From NCBI GenBank assembly GCA_963827165.1, contig CAWGZR010000003.1:1-64000 (forward strand): DNA of 64,000 nucleotides, given 5' to 3'. The stretch is from Candidatus Bathyarchaeota archaeon. Its GTDB lineage: Archaea; Thermoproteota; Bathyarchaeia; Bathyarchaeales; Bathycorpusculaceae. Positions within the stretch are counted from its first letter, which is position 1. Every line of letters begins with the position of its first letter. The notes beneath the pieces were generated by a model. That model made no database searches, was not told the DNA's origin, and saw nothing but the letters and a program-made list of their open reading frames with translations. This document shows, piece by piece, positions 31,700 through 42,026 of the stretch. Both the position numbers and the translations under genes were made by a program.

Positions 31700-32101
31700 A
31701 TGGTTAACATACCCAAAGAAGTTTTAGACGTTATTTCAGCAGCAGATTCAGCAAAGATGCTGGCAACGGTCGATGCAGAAGGTGCCCCCAATGTTGTCCC
31801 AGTGTGGAGCATAGTTGCCGTTGATTCAGAAACAATTGCTTTTGCAGAGCTATTCATTAAGAAGACAAAAGAAAATCTGGAAAAGAACAAAAAGGTTGCA
31901 ATTGCCATTTTCAAAGGACCAAGGGTTGGATATCAATTGAAAGGGAACTTTTCAGGGTTCCAAACGTCAGGACCTATCTTCGAAAACTTTTCAAAGAAAA
32001 TCATGGATAGCATGAAGATGCAGATTAAGAGCGTTGGCATCATTAAAGTCAATGCGGTTTTCTCAGCATCTCCAGGACAAAACAGCATGAAACTAGCTTA
32101 G
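31700..32101 (+). CDS. Pyridoxamine 5'-phosphate oxidase-like FMN-binding protein
   Basis: LATVDAEGAPNVVP, KTKENLEKNKKV, GYQLKG. Confidence 0.88.
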   Translation: MVNIPKEVLDVISAADSAKMLATVDAEGAPNVVPVWSIVAVDSETIAFAELFIKKTKENLEKNKKVAIAIFKGPRVGYQLKGNFSGFQTSGPIFENFSKKIMDSMKMQIKSVGIIKVNAVFSASPGQNSMKLA

Positions 32102-32176
32102 ATGGGCATTATTGGAAACGTGCCATCAACCTTTTTCTTTTTTGACATTTTAAATAGAAAAAGATAGAAAAAGTGA

Positions 32177-32300
32177 GTTCAAATCCCCTCAGGCCCGTTA
32201 TCGGTTTCCGCCCCTGTTTGGGGTTGGGCTTCGTTCCGCCATCTTTTGGTGTGGAACCCATAGAGACCCAAACTGCTTCAAGCTCGAATCCGATTAATTT
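32177..32300 (+). repeat. tRNA-3'-like fragment followed by a repeat shared (inverted) with 22640-22700 and 25115/26769-26792
   Basis: GTTCAAATCCCCTCAGGCCCG; CCATAGAGACCCAAAC.GCTTC matches the reverse complement of about 22665-22686; TTCCGCCCC..TTTGGGG matches the empty IS1182 site. Confidence 0.6.
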
Positions 32301-32425
32301 CGTTGAGGTCCTTCTTTCTTTTGCAGTCAGTCTTTATGTTTGCCAAGACAGATTGATTAAGGGCTTTGAAGAATTAGAAAAACAAGCTTTAAACAAAAGT
32401 TGTACCAAAAGGGTAGGCGAGTGTT

Positions 32426-33973
32426 TTGGTTCCCAGCATAGAGCTCATTGTGGCAGCGTTCCTGCTTATAGCTTTCTTAGCCGCGGTCCTATCCACAAGG
32501 CTCAAGATACCGTACACTCTTGTTTTGGTCTTAACAGGAGTTATAATCACCGTGGTCGCGTCCACGTTTACTATGCAGGGAGGTTCTTTCGAGACCCTGA
32601 TTTCTCAATTGAGATCACTCTGCGCTCAACTTCTCCAAGGTGGCGGAGGTGGCCTTTTCGTGGGCGTAGTTGTTCCCCCATTGATATTCGAAGCCATGAT
32701 TCACCTTCGCGCCAGTGATCTGCGGGCGGTAATCAAGCCTTCGTTAGCCTTAGCAACCGTTGGGGTCTTGATAGCGACTGGTGTCGGTGGGCTCATCTTG
32801 TGGAAGATCGTTGGTCTTTCACCGTATGTTTCTTTTCTTTTCGCCGCGTTGATTGCGCCAACGGATACGGTTACGGTTTTGGAGGTTTTTCGACGGGTCA
32901 AGGTTCCTTCCAAACTATCTACGCTGCTTGACACCGAAGCGGCCTTCAACGACGCCACCGGCATTGTTCTTTTCACAATAATCCTTTCAACTGTCGGGCT
33001 TCATGAGATCTCGGTAACGCAAACAGTGCTCAATTTCGGATTTACTCTTGGGGCAGGCGTCTTAATCGGGCTGGTAATCGCGTTTCTAGGCGAAGTACTT
33101 TCAAGCTTGATAGAAGATAGAGTGGCCGAAACCATCTTGGCGGTTGCAGTGGTGTACGGGTCGTACGCTTTGGCAACAGGAATAGGCGCCTCAGGGCTAA
33201 TAGCAGTCGCCGTGGCAGGGTTATACTTTGGCAACTTCACGATGCGATCAGCCATGGAACCAGCGTCAAAAGAAACTGTAACGACATTTTGGCAGATAGC
33301 AGCCTTCCTAGGCAACTCAATAGCGTTTCTAATTATTGGTTTCGAGACAAACATTATCACTCTTTCGCAATCAGTTCTACTTATTGCAGTCGCTTACGCC
33401 GCCGTAACCGTAGCTAGAGCGGCTACAGTGTACCCGATACTCGCCGTGTTCAACAAGTTCGGAGACAAAATATCCGCGGTTTGGCGCAACGTTGCCATGC
33501 TTGGAGGAGTCCGAGGCGCTTTGTCCATAGCGTTAGTAGCTACGATAACAACTTCCGCAGTAATTTCTAAAGGAGATATCAACACAATAGATACAATGGT
33601 GCTGGGAGTAGCCTTCATTTCAATCGTGTTTCAAGTGCCTTTGCTGTTTCGCTATGTAAGGAAAAAAATACCGCAAACCGAAGCCGTGGCAGAAACAGAA
33701 ATTGACGAACAATTCGAGTTAATAGCCTCACACATGGAAGAAGTAAGAAAACTAAAATCAGAAGGCAAAATATCCAATGCAGAATTCACAAAAAGAATTG
33801 AAGAAAACAAAAAGAAACTAGACCAGCTAATCGCAACCTCGCCCGTTACAATTGAAACAAGAAAAATTATACGCGCAAGAGCCTCCGCGTTATACAATTC
33901 TTTTCCAAAAATGCCCAAACACAAAATAAAAGACAAAAACAACGAACCAAAAAACAAAACCGAAAAAGAATAG
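32426..33973 (+). CDS. CPA1 (NhaP-type) Na+/H+ antiporter
   Basis: PPLIFEA, APTD, TEAAFNDATG, GGVRGALS. Confidence 0.92.
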   Translation: MVPSIELIVAAFLLIAFLAAVLSTRLKIPYTLVLVLTGVIITVVASTFTMQGGSFETLISQLRSLCAQLLQGGGGGLFVGVVVPPLIFEAMIHLRASDLRAVIKPSLALATVGVLIATGVGGLILWKIVGLSPYVSFLFAALIAPTDTVTVLEVFRRVKVPSKLSTLLDTEAAFNDATGIVLFTIILSTVGLHEISVTQTVLNFGFTLGAGVLIGLVIAFLGEVLSSLIEDRVAETILAVAVVYGSYALATGIGASGLIAVAVAGLYFGNFTMRSAMEPASKETVTTFWQIAAFLGNSIAFLIIGFETNIITLSQSVLLIAVAYAAVTVARAATVYPILAVFNKFGDKISAVWRNVAMLGGVRGALSIALVATITTSAVISKGDINTIDTMVLGVAFISIVFQVPLLFRYVRKKIPQTEAVAETEIDEQFELIASHMEEVRKLKSEGKISNAEFTKRIEENKKKLDQLIATSPVTIETRKIIRARASALYNSFPKMPKHKIKDKNNEPKNKTEKE

Positions 33974-34201
33974 TCGCACTATCCTTTTCAGCACAACAGA
34001 AGGTCTAATCAAAAAATCGAGCGCAATTTCAATACGAAAAAATCAATTATTCTCTTAGCTAATCAATACCTGAAACAATGTCTATAAATTTCTCTTCCCT
34101 CTCAAATAATTCGTTCGCTCTTGTCGACTGAGAACCGAGTCTACGCTCATCAAAGATAACCGATCGCTCCATTTATTATTTTTATTTACATATTTCCGTG
34201 C

Positions 34202-36067
34202 GTGCCGTTTATATCCGACTTCAATGTGCAAGGAATATTCGAGAAGGAAAAAAACGTGAAGTCACCCGGTGCTTCTCGCGAGTTTGGTTATCTTAGGAAA
34301 TGGGTTCCGATCGCTATTTTGATAGGGGTAGTCAGCGGGGTAGGCAGCATTGTTTTCTATGAAGCAATCAGACTTGCAAGCGCGGTCCTACTCGGGGGAG
34401 TAACTGGTTTTTTTGCACCTTCGCCACTCGGAGAAGGCGGAAGCTTAGGAGTAGTCGCTTCTCGTCTTTACTTGATTCCGTTGGTTACTGCTGTTGGAGG
34501 ACTTTGTTGTGGCATACTCGTCTATGGTTTGGCACCGGAAGCCGAGGGTCATGGAACTGACGCGGCAATAGATGCTTTTCACAATAAAAAGGGTGAAATT
34601 CGATCCAGAATACCTCTGGTTAAGGTTGTGGCCTCAGCAATAACGATTGGCTCTGGAGGAAGTGCAGGCAGGGAAGGTCCGACAGCGCAGATGGGGGCAG
34701 GCTTCGGCTCTTTCCTGGGCAGAAGATTTAATTTCAGTTTACATGACAGAAGAATTGCGGTTGCAGTTGGTATAGGTGCAGGAATTGGCTCCATTTTTAA
34801 GGCGCCGTTTGGAGGAGCCATAATGAGCGCTGAGATTCTTTACATGCAAGATTTTGAGGTGGAGACGTTGCTGCCCGCTTTCATAGCTTCGACCGTGGGC
34901 TACAGTATATTCGCGTCATATGCCGGATGGACGCCAATATTTGGCTACTTGAATCTAGGGGCTTTCAACAACCCAGTTGTTCTGCCTTTTTACGCTGTCT
35001 TGGGCATAATCTGCGGGTTAGTCGGCATTGTGTACGTCAAAGGGTTCTACGGCACGCGGGCTCTTTTTCAGCGTCTAAGAATACCGCGTTTCTTGAAGCC
35101 AGCTTTAGGCGGATTACTAGTGGGTATCATCGGAATGTTTCTCCCGCAAGTGCTCGGCATGGGCTATGGTTGGCTTCAGATATTGATGAGCGGCAACTTT
35201 CTCTTACTTCCTATAATTTTGATCCCAATAATCATCGTAGCCAAAATAGTTGCTACATCTCTTACGGTAGGTTCAGGAGGAAGCGGCGGAGTCTTCGCGC
35301 CAGCCTTGGTAATAGGCGGCTTTCTAGGTGCAGCACTCTGGATATTTCTAAACGGGCTTTTCCCGAATTCCGGGCTTGTCATCGCCGCATTTGTTATAGT
35401 GGGGATGATGGCGTTTTTTGGAGGCGTAGGCAAGGTTCCTGTTGCAGTCATAATCATGGTTAGCGAAATGACTGGAGGATTAACTCTGCTGGTTCCCTCA
35501 ATGATAGCAACTGCTATTGCCTATATAATCACCGGAAAGAATACTATCTATAGAAGCCAGGTTGAATCACGATCTGATTCTCCAGCCCACAGAAGTGAAT
35601 ACTCTACTCCTCTGCTGCAAAAGCTCTTTGTCAAAGACGCAATGACCAAAAAGGTCATCACAACTACCCTCAACTCACCGCTCTCAAAGGTCGCAGAGGT
35701 AATGGCAAAGAACACAATAAAAGGTAATCCAGTCTTGGATGATAATGGCAGGCTGGTAGGTATGGTCACACTTACGGATGTTCTAAAGATTAATCCAGAC
35801 CAGAGAGCTACTACAAAGGTAAGCTCCGTAATGACAAAAGAGTTGGTTACAACGATTCCCGATGAGAGTCTTTATGCTGCTTTTGGAAAGATGACAAGTA
35901 ACCAGATTGGACGCCTGCCCGTTGTTGAGCCAGGGGACAGCACAAAGCTGATAGGCATAATAACGCGAGAAGACGTCTGGCGAGTCTACAACATAGAGAT
36001 TATGTCAGAACTGGAAGAGACTAAACTTTCAGGAAGCGTCAAAGAGAATAGCGAAACAAAGTCTTGA
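34202..36067 (+). CDS. ClC chloride/H+ transporter with CBS pair
   Basis: GHGTD, GSAGREGP (gating Glu), FKAPFGG, SAE, GGVFAP, two CBS domains. Confidence 0.93.
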   Translation: MPFISDFNVQGIFEKEKNVKSPGASREFGYLRKWVPIAILIGVVSGVGSIVFYEAIRLASAVLLGGVTGFFAPSPLGEGGSLGVVASRLYLIPLVTAVGGLCCGILVYGLAPEAEGHGTDAAIDAFHNKKGEIRSRIPLVKVVASAITIGSGGSAGREGPTAQMGAGFGSFLGRRFNFSLHDRRIAVAVGIGAGIGSIFKAPFGGAIMSAEILYMQDFEVETLLPAFIASTVGYSIFASYAGWTPIFGYLNLGAFNNPVVLPFYAVLGIICGLVGIVYVKGFYGTRALFQRLRIPRFLKPALGGLLVGIIGMFLPQVLGMGYGWLQILMSGNFLLLPIILIPIIIVAKIVATSLTVGSGGSGGVFAPALVIGGFLGAALWIFLNGLFPNSGLVIAAFVIVGMMAFFGGVGKVPVAVIIMVSEMTGGLTLLVPSMIATAIAYIITGKNTIYRSQVESRSDSPAHRSEYSTPLLQKLFVKDAMTKKVITTTLNSPLSKVAEVMAKNTIKGNPVLDDNGRLVGMVTLTDVLKINPDQRATTKVSSVMTKELVTTIPDESLYAAFGKMTSNQIGRLPVVEPGDSTKLIGIITREDVWRVYNIEIMSELEETKLSGSVKENSETKS

Positions 36068-36129
36068 ACAGAAAAATGCACGATGTTATTGCCCAAAAAT
36101 TAGCAGCTGCTAGAAATGGTGTTAAACTC

Positions 36130-38694
36130 TTATTTTGCTCTTTCCATAGATGATAGGCGTTTAGCTCTCGTAATTTTTAGAGCTGGAAGATTTTTTGAAT
36201 TTTTGAAAAAGAATTGCTTAATAAGAGAAAATGCAGACGAATCAACATGAGGTTTTTGTCTGTTAGATAAGACTTCTTCGTGCCCCATTAATCTGAAGAA
36301 GTGAATCTTCAACTGATCCGTTATCAGGAAACTAAGCAATGCATAACTCCAGACGAAAGCGGCGAATCCCCACCCAATCGGATTCATAAACACACCGAAG
36401 ACAGCAAACAACGTACCAACAACTTGAGTTCCCTCTGTGGCTACAAAAAGAATACTAGCTGGAAGGGGACGTTTCCAGAAGTGGCGCACTCCAGTTCGCG
36501 CCAAATAAATAGTCAGGTGCCCAGCAACAGCCATTTTAAGAAAAATCAGCGTCTGCAACGTACCAACACTCAAGTGGAATACGTATAAGCCAATTATTAA
36601 GAGCCCAAAGCTTGAAACGACACCTGTTGTGCCAAGCAGAGAAGCAACTATCAGCACGCCACGCATGTTCCAGCGAACAGGTTTCTCTTGCACTCTCACA
36701 TTATCGTATGCAATGGTCATGATAGGTATGTCGTTGAGCAATGCCAAAATGACTATCATAACTGCCGTCACCGGATAGAAGTTAAAGAAAAGAATTGCAA
36801 GACTAATGAAAATCAGTACTCGAGAAGTCTCGGCGATGCGATAGACGGCGTAATTGGTCATGCGTTCAAAAATCTTACGGCTCTCTTTAATCGCGTCAAT
36901 GATAACCGAAAGCCCCGGCTTCGTTAGAACCACATCAGCTGCGGATTTAGCCGCGTCAGTTGCTCCATCAACTGCAACCCCCGCATCCGCTTTCTTTAAT
37001 GCTGGAGCATCGTTAACTCCGTCGCCTGTCATGCCGACAATATGCCCTTTTCCCTGAAGTAACTCAACTATGCGATATTTGTGCTCAGGAAAAACTTGGG
37101 CAAAACCATCCGCATTCTCAATAATGTCTTTTGCTTCGCTGTCTGGTTTGTCTATGAAATCGGAAGCGGGTATTATATTTGTGCCCAGATTAACTTCTTG
37201 AGCAATCTGCTTAGCTATTGCAATGTGGTCGCCAGTGACCATCTTGACGTTTATGCCCATCTGTTGGGCTGTTTTTATTGTCTGAGCAGAGTCTTCGCGG
37301 GGTGGGTCGTAAATTGCAAGCAGACCAACAAATTGCCAATTGCCTTTTTCGTCTCCCTTAATTACGCCTAGCGCTCGATGACCCTTGATTGCGAAAGTGT
37401 TTACAATTTCGTTAACTCTATCTTCGATTTCTGTCTTGTTGGAAACAAGAGACAAAACAATTTGCGGAGCACCCTTGGCCACTTTGAAGTGCCCGCCATC
37501 ACTGCTCTCTACAGTAGCTTCAGTTCTCTTCAAAATAGGGTCAAAGGGCTTAAAATCAACCACGCTGTATCGGCCAAGAACGTCAGCAACCGCTTTTATC
37601 GACTTGGCTTTGGTGATGACTGAATCGTCAATGGGATCACGGTTTTCTTCTCTAGAAGCTAAGGTTCCATACAGGAGGGCGTCGTTGATTTCGAATTTGC
37701 CTAAGGGTTGCGTTTCTGCAATGGTAAGTTCATTCTTCGTTATGGTGCCGGTTTTGTCTGAGCATAACACGTCAACTCCAGCCATTTCTTCAATTGAAAC
37801 CAGTTTGCTAACGATGGCTTCTTTTTTGGCGAGGACAATTGCTCCAACTGCCATGGTGACTGTCAAAACGGCAGGCAACGCTACAGGTATTGAAGCTACA
37901 ACCAAAACCAGTGCAAACTGCGTGATAACTAATGGGTTGACATGTCGAAAGAGCGATGCGATGACAACTGCGGAAACCATTATTGCCGCGAGGATGATCA
38001 GGTAGTTTCCTATTTTTATGACTGCTTTTTGGAAGTGGCTTGCGGTTCTGGCTTCTGACACGAGTTTGGCGGTTTTGCCAAAGAAGCTGCTTGTTCCTGT
38101 TGCTACGACGTAAGCGTCCATTTCGCCTTGTCTAATGATGGCTCCTGCGTATGCTACGTCAGATACATGTTTTTCTACCGGCAGGGATTCTCCAGTTAAT
38201 GCGGATTCGTCCGCGAGCAAGTAGTCGCCTTTTATAAGTTTAACGTCGGCAGGGACAATGTCACCTAAGCGGACACGTACGATGTCACCTGGGACAAGTT
38301 CCTTTGAGGGTATTTCATGCCATGTTCCGTCTCTTAGCACTCGGGCTTTTGGGGCAAGTCGCTTTTTCAATAATTCTATGGCGTTGTCGGCTTTCCGTTC
38401 TTGCCAAAATCCCACCACGGCGTTCACGATTAGTAACGTGAAAATTATTGCAAAATCGTCATAGTGCTGAATGATTATAGATAGTACTGAGGCAATTTCT
38501 ATCATCCAAGGAATGGGTCCCCAGAAATAGCCCAAAAACTTGCGAAAAGGATTAACTTTCTTTTCAGAAATTTCGTTAGGACCATTCTGTTGAAGCTTTT
38601 TCGCTGCCTCTTCTGAAGATAGCCCAGTCTTGGCGTATTCTGAAAATGGCTTCTCTACACCAGACTTCGTTGATGGCTGCTCAGATTCCACCAA
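36130..38694 (-). CDS. P-type (IIIA) plasma-membrane H+-ATPase, copy 1
   Basis: WGPIPWMIE, IPVALPAV, CSDKTGT, KGAPQ, TGDGVND, LLNDIP. Confidence 0.93.
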   Translation of the reverse strand: MVESEQPSTKSGVEKPFSEYAKTGLSSEEAAKKLQQNGPNEISEKKVNPFRKFLGYFWGPIPWMIEIASVLSIIIQHYDDFAIIFTLLIVNAVVGFWQERKADNAIELLKKRLAPKARVLRDGTWHEIPSKELVPGDIVRVRLGDIVPADVKLIKGDYLLADESALTGESLPVEKHVSDVAYAGAIIRQGEMDAYVVATGTSSFFGKTAKLVSEARTASHFQKAVIKIGNYLIILAAIMVSAVVIASLFRHVNPLVITQFALVLVVASIPVALPAVLTVTMAVGAIVLAKKEAIVSKLVSIEEMAGVDVLCSDKTGTITKNELTIAETQPLGKFEINDALLYGTLASREENRDPIDDSVITKAKSIKAVADVLGRYSVVDFKPFDPILKRTEATVESSDGGHFKVAKGAPQIVLSLVSNKTEIEDRVNEIVNTFAIKGHRALGVIKGDEKGNWQFVGLLAIYDPPREDSAQTIKTAQQMGINVKMVTGDHIAIAKQIAQEVNLGTNIIPASDFIDKPDSEAKDIIENADGFAQVFPEHKYRIVELLQGKGHIVGMTGDGVNDAPALKKADAGVAVDGATDAAKSAADVVLTKPGLSVIIDAIKESRKIFERMTNYAVYRIAETSRVLIFISLAILFFNFYPVTAVMIVILALLNDIPIMTIAYDNVRVQEKPVRWNMRGVLIVASLLGTTGVVSSFGLLIIGLYVFHLSVGTLQTLIFLKMAVAGHLTIYLARTGVRHFWKRPLPASILFVATEGTQVVGTLFAVFGVFMNPIGWGFAAFVWSYALLSFLITDQLKIHFFRLMGHEEVLSNRQKPHVDSSAFSLIKQFFFKNSKNLPALKITRAKRLSSMERAK

Positions 38695-38704
38695 TAAAAA
38701 ACCT

Positions 38705-40000
38705 CTATTTTTTAGACCTGTATCTCAAAAGAGCAGCAAAGCCTCCCAAAGCTACAAGTTTTGCTTTTTCTTCTGACTCTGTAGATATGACTTCAACCCT
38801 TGCGTCTGTCTGTGAAGCCAAATCCTCTAAGACATCAACTATGTCCTTCTCCTCCACCTCGTATTCTGCCGAGTTGCACTTCGCGCATGGGCTCGATATC
38901 ATTTCTTGCAAAGCTTGACTCTTATTGTTCTTATTTACTATGTTCGCTTTTGATAGTTCGCATTTTTTGCACATTACAATAATTTCAATCATATCAGTGC
39001 TATCCGTCACCAATACAACATCAACTTCGCCATTCTTTAGTGCATTCAACACTGGATCTAATCCGTAAATAGCCAAGTCATCTTGTTTGCCAATGGCTGC
39101 TAGAAGACGCTGCACGATCATCTTTTCATCTGGAGCACACATATTCTTCAGTGTCTCAGCTGACTTGTCAAGCACCTCTCTTACCGCTTCTTTGCCGGCG
39201 GATTGAGTATCCACAGTGCCCAGAATCGAATTCTTTAGTTCATAATTGAGGTAATCACCCTTCAAGAAATCCTCTTTAGTTTGTCCTGGACCTCCAACTA
39301 TCAGCGCCGTAACTTTGTGGTTCTCGAGAAATGCCTTTGCTGCATGTTCAGCGATCCTGTGGAAAAAGTAGTTAACATCCATGTCGCGTTCTCTTTCGTA
39401 TCTTCTCTGACTTGATCCACCCTTTCCAGATTTTCCTGGAACCCCAGAAGTGATATTTTCAAGTAATTCAAAACGTTCACCATTTAGTAGCCCAAAACTT
39501 GCCTCCTTAGAATCAACGGCCATTAGCCCAACAACATGTTGGTTTCTCAGCATATCCCTTAGAGGATCTAAATGGAAATGGTTGTCAACCTCGTAGAGAT
39601 AAGCAGTAATCGGCTCTGGTGGAATAATCTCTTCAACGTTCACACCTTCCCTTTCAAGATTGTTCGCAACAAAAGTTCCAGCAAATAATGCAAGCCCATT
39701 CTCGGGAATTTCCTTCTCCAACTTTATTCGCTGGATTACGTTTTTGAGGGCGTCTTGAAGGCGATCCCTGACGTCTCTTCCGCTCTCTGATTTTGTACCT
39801 TCTGAATCAGATTCACACTTGAGGTTTGCGACTATCTCATCTATTGATTTCACCTTCGGTATGTACAGCGAGATGAACTCCCTTCCCTTCCCCTCTTTGT
39901 CTGATAGGTACGCTATGAGTTTCCTTAGTTTGTGCTGTTTCACAGAGTTGGTTGTTGCTATCTGGCATCCATGAAAATGTGTAACTTTTTCAGAAACCAA
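38705..40000 (-). CDS. aeRF1 (peptide chain release factor 1) paralog with degenerate motifs
   Basis: EFISLYIP, GLALFAG, VPGKSGKGGSSQRRYER, GGPG, IYG, zinc ribbon, LGGFAALLRY. Confidence 0.88.
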   Translation of the reverse strand: MVSEKVTHFHGCQIATTNSVKQHKLRKLIAYLSDKEGKGREFISLYIPKVKSIDEIVANLKCESDSEGTKSESGRDVRDRLQDALKNVIQRIKLEKEIPENGLALFAGTFVANNLEREGVNVEEIIPPEPITAYLYEVDNHFHLDPLRDMLRNQHVVGLMAVDSKEASFGLLNGERFELLENITSGVPGKSGKGGSSQRRYERERDMDVNYFFHRIAEHAAKAFLENHKVTALIVGGPGQTKEDFLKGDYLNYELKNSILGTVDTQSAGKEAVREVLDKSAETLKNMCAPDEKMIVQRLLAAIGKQDDLAIYGLDPVLNALKNGEVDVVLVTDSTDMIEIIVMCKKCELSKANIVNKNNKSQALQEMISSPCAKCNSAEYEVEEKDIVDVLEDLASQTDARVEVISTESEEKAKLVALGGFAALLRYRSKK

Positions 40001-40395
40001 ATTTGAGACACCTTAAACATTCAGTTACAGTTGAGCCTAATTTATCAGTTTTCCAAAATTACAGCAAATCGACTCCTTTCTCAAAGTTATTTTTGCATTA
40101 CCTTATTTCAAAACGCAAGAGTGCGGACGCAAACGAAGAGTCTAAACCCTTACTTTTTGTGGGAATGACTATTTTCTTCGATAGTTGGTGTGCTCTTGAT
40201 TTTTGAAGATTGCTTTCAATAGCGAATAACTCAAACTTTTTTAATATCAGAATGACTTTCCCTTACAGAGGGAGCGCTTTTGCTTTTTGGACACAAGAAT
40301 AAACCCAAAATGGAACTCAAAGTAGATTTAAACGATTTGCAAAGCGAAAAAGGTCTTGGTTAAGTCCACTGCATTTTTAAGAGAAAAAAACGGTA

Positions 40396-40800
40396 TTGTT
40401 ATGCATGCAGACAGGCTATATTTTTCTTTGTGATAATGCTTCGATTACCAAGTGTATTAGCAACAAAAGTTTTAGTTGCGCAGGTAAACCAGTTAAAGTG
40501 CCCCAAGAATTAGAATTAAACACAGTTATTTTCTTGCTCAATCATGAAACAAAAACTCTTCTAGGTCCATTCACCGATGTTCAAGGCCCTGAAGATTTGG
40601 AGAAGGGAACCTGGTATAGTAGCGTGGATGAGCATAGTTTTTCCGAAAACATTAATGTCGAGTGGGAAAGACTACATGAACTTAAAAACGCAACCGACAA
40701 AGTACCATTCTTGAAAGAGATAAAAGAATGTGCCCTATCCGATCTACAAACTCAGGAGCTACTCTCAACATTGAAGAACGCTCCTTTATACGTTGAATAG
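40396..40800 (+). CDS. Hypothetical protein, DCD-domain-like
   Basis: GYIFLC...C...F...FLLN.ETKTLLGPF. Confidence 0.5.
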   Translation: MLCMQTGYIFLCDNASITKCISNKSFSCAGKPVKVPQELELNTVIFLLNHETKTLLGPFTDVQGPEDLEKGTWYSSVDEHSFSENINVEWERLHELKNATDKVPFLKEIKECALSDLQTQELLSTLKNAPLYVE

Positions 40801-41067
40801 ACATTCGAGTAAGAAAAAACAATCTCAACAATCACAAAAAGTATACTTCACTCTGTGAAAGACGAATACCAAGAGCACTAGTTTGAAACGAAAATCTTCT
40901 GCTGAAGCTAACAGTTTTTGAAGATACGAATTTGGAGAACTAAGCCAAGCAGCAACACTTTCGAGTAATTGAAAACTTTTTCAAGATTGAGCAGTAAGTT
41001 AAAATCAGCGATTGATTCATAATACTTGTTAGTGTGTTTTGATTAATGTTTTTGGGTTGGTGTTTGT

Positions 41068-41568
41068 ATGTCGTCAGAATTGAAGGTTATGTTGAGTAAG
41101 GTAGCTGTAGAAGATAACGTGCGCAAAGAATTAGAGTTTGAGGAAGGGATAAATCGTTACAAATCTCTTCTGCTCAGGGTAGCAAAAGTTCAGCCATTTG
41201 ACGTACTGGTTTCGTCTGAAGGAACTGAACAGGGCAAGTTACACCAAAATGTGGTAGATTTGAACGTGCTTGAAAGAGCCCACTTAGTGAAAGGACATAC
41301 AAAAGAGACGGATCATAACGTGTACCGTGAATACGAGCTTACTACGGAAGGAGCTGAATTAGTGGAAAAGCTCTCAAAAGAAGCCATGAGCGGCAAAGAT
41401 CTTCATCAGCCCCACACGTTGGGCGCGCCGTCATCTCAAGAGATACCAGCAGGAGGGGTAGAACCAAACCAGATTCCTTGTCCAGAATGCGGAAAAACCT
41501 TCAAGACCAACTCAGAGATGGAGAGACACAGAGATACAACACATCACGAAACAAAAGGGCACGAGTAA
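41068..41568 (+). CDS. wHTH-like protein with C-terminal C2H2 zinc finger
   Basis: LERAHLV...YELTTEG; CPECGKTFKTNSEMERHRDTTH. Confidence 0.7.
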   Translation: MSSELKVMLSKVAVEDNVRKELEFEEGINRYKSLLLRVAKVQPFDVLVSSEGTEQGKLHQNVVDLNVLERAHLVKGHTKETDHNVYREYELTTEGAELVEKLSKEAMSGKDLHQPHTLGAPSSQEIPAGGVEPNQIPCPECGKTFKTNSEMERHRDTTHHETKGHE

Positions 41569-41571
41569 GAA

Positions 41572-41901
41572 ATGAGCAGATTGACGATATCTATTCCTGC
41601 TAAGCGGGAACAATACCTAAAACAGTTAGCTAACGATCACCAAGTTGACCTGAATAGCGTTTTCAGTGAATTGTGTGATTGGGCTTTTTCTAATCCTGAA
41701 GGCAAAAAACAGTTTAAACTCTGGTTAGATGATGCTTTTCCTCCAAAAGGCGAAGCTGAAGACAAAGCACGGGATGCAGGCGCCAGAGAAAGAGCCCGTG
41801 AAGAAGATGCAGAAGATAAGTCTGAAGAAGAAGCTCATGAAGACGAAAACTACAACGAGGACATCGCCGGAGAGGACGTCAACGGGAAATTTAATCCCTA
41901 A
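41572..41901 (+). CDS. Hypothetical RHH-like protein with acidic tail
   Basis: MSRLTISIP...LKQLA...LNSVFSEL. Confidence 0.55.
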   Translation: MSRLTISIPAKREQYLKQLANDHQVDLNSVFSELCDWAFSNPEGKKQFKLWLDDAFPPKGEAEDKARDAGARERAREEDAEDKSEEEAHEDENYNEDIAGEDVNGKFNP

Positions 41902-42026
41902 ATTGGGCGATCAAAGTTTTCTAACCACCTGAGTCTTGTAGCAACGGTGACTCTGCTGTTGTCCGGCTACAGCCACAAATGTTTAAGAAAGCTGGAACTC
42001 TCTTTTAGAGTAGAGACTTCAAATAA

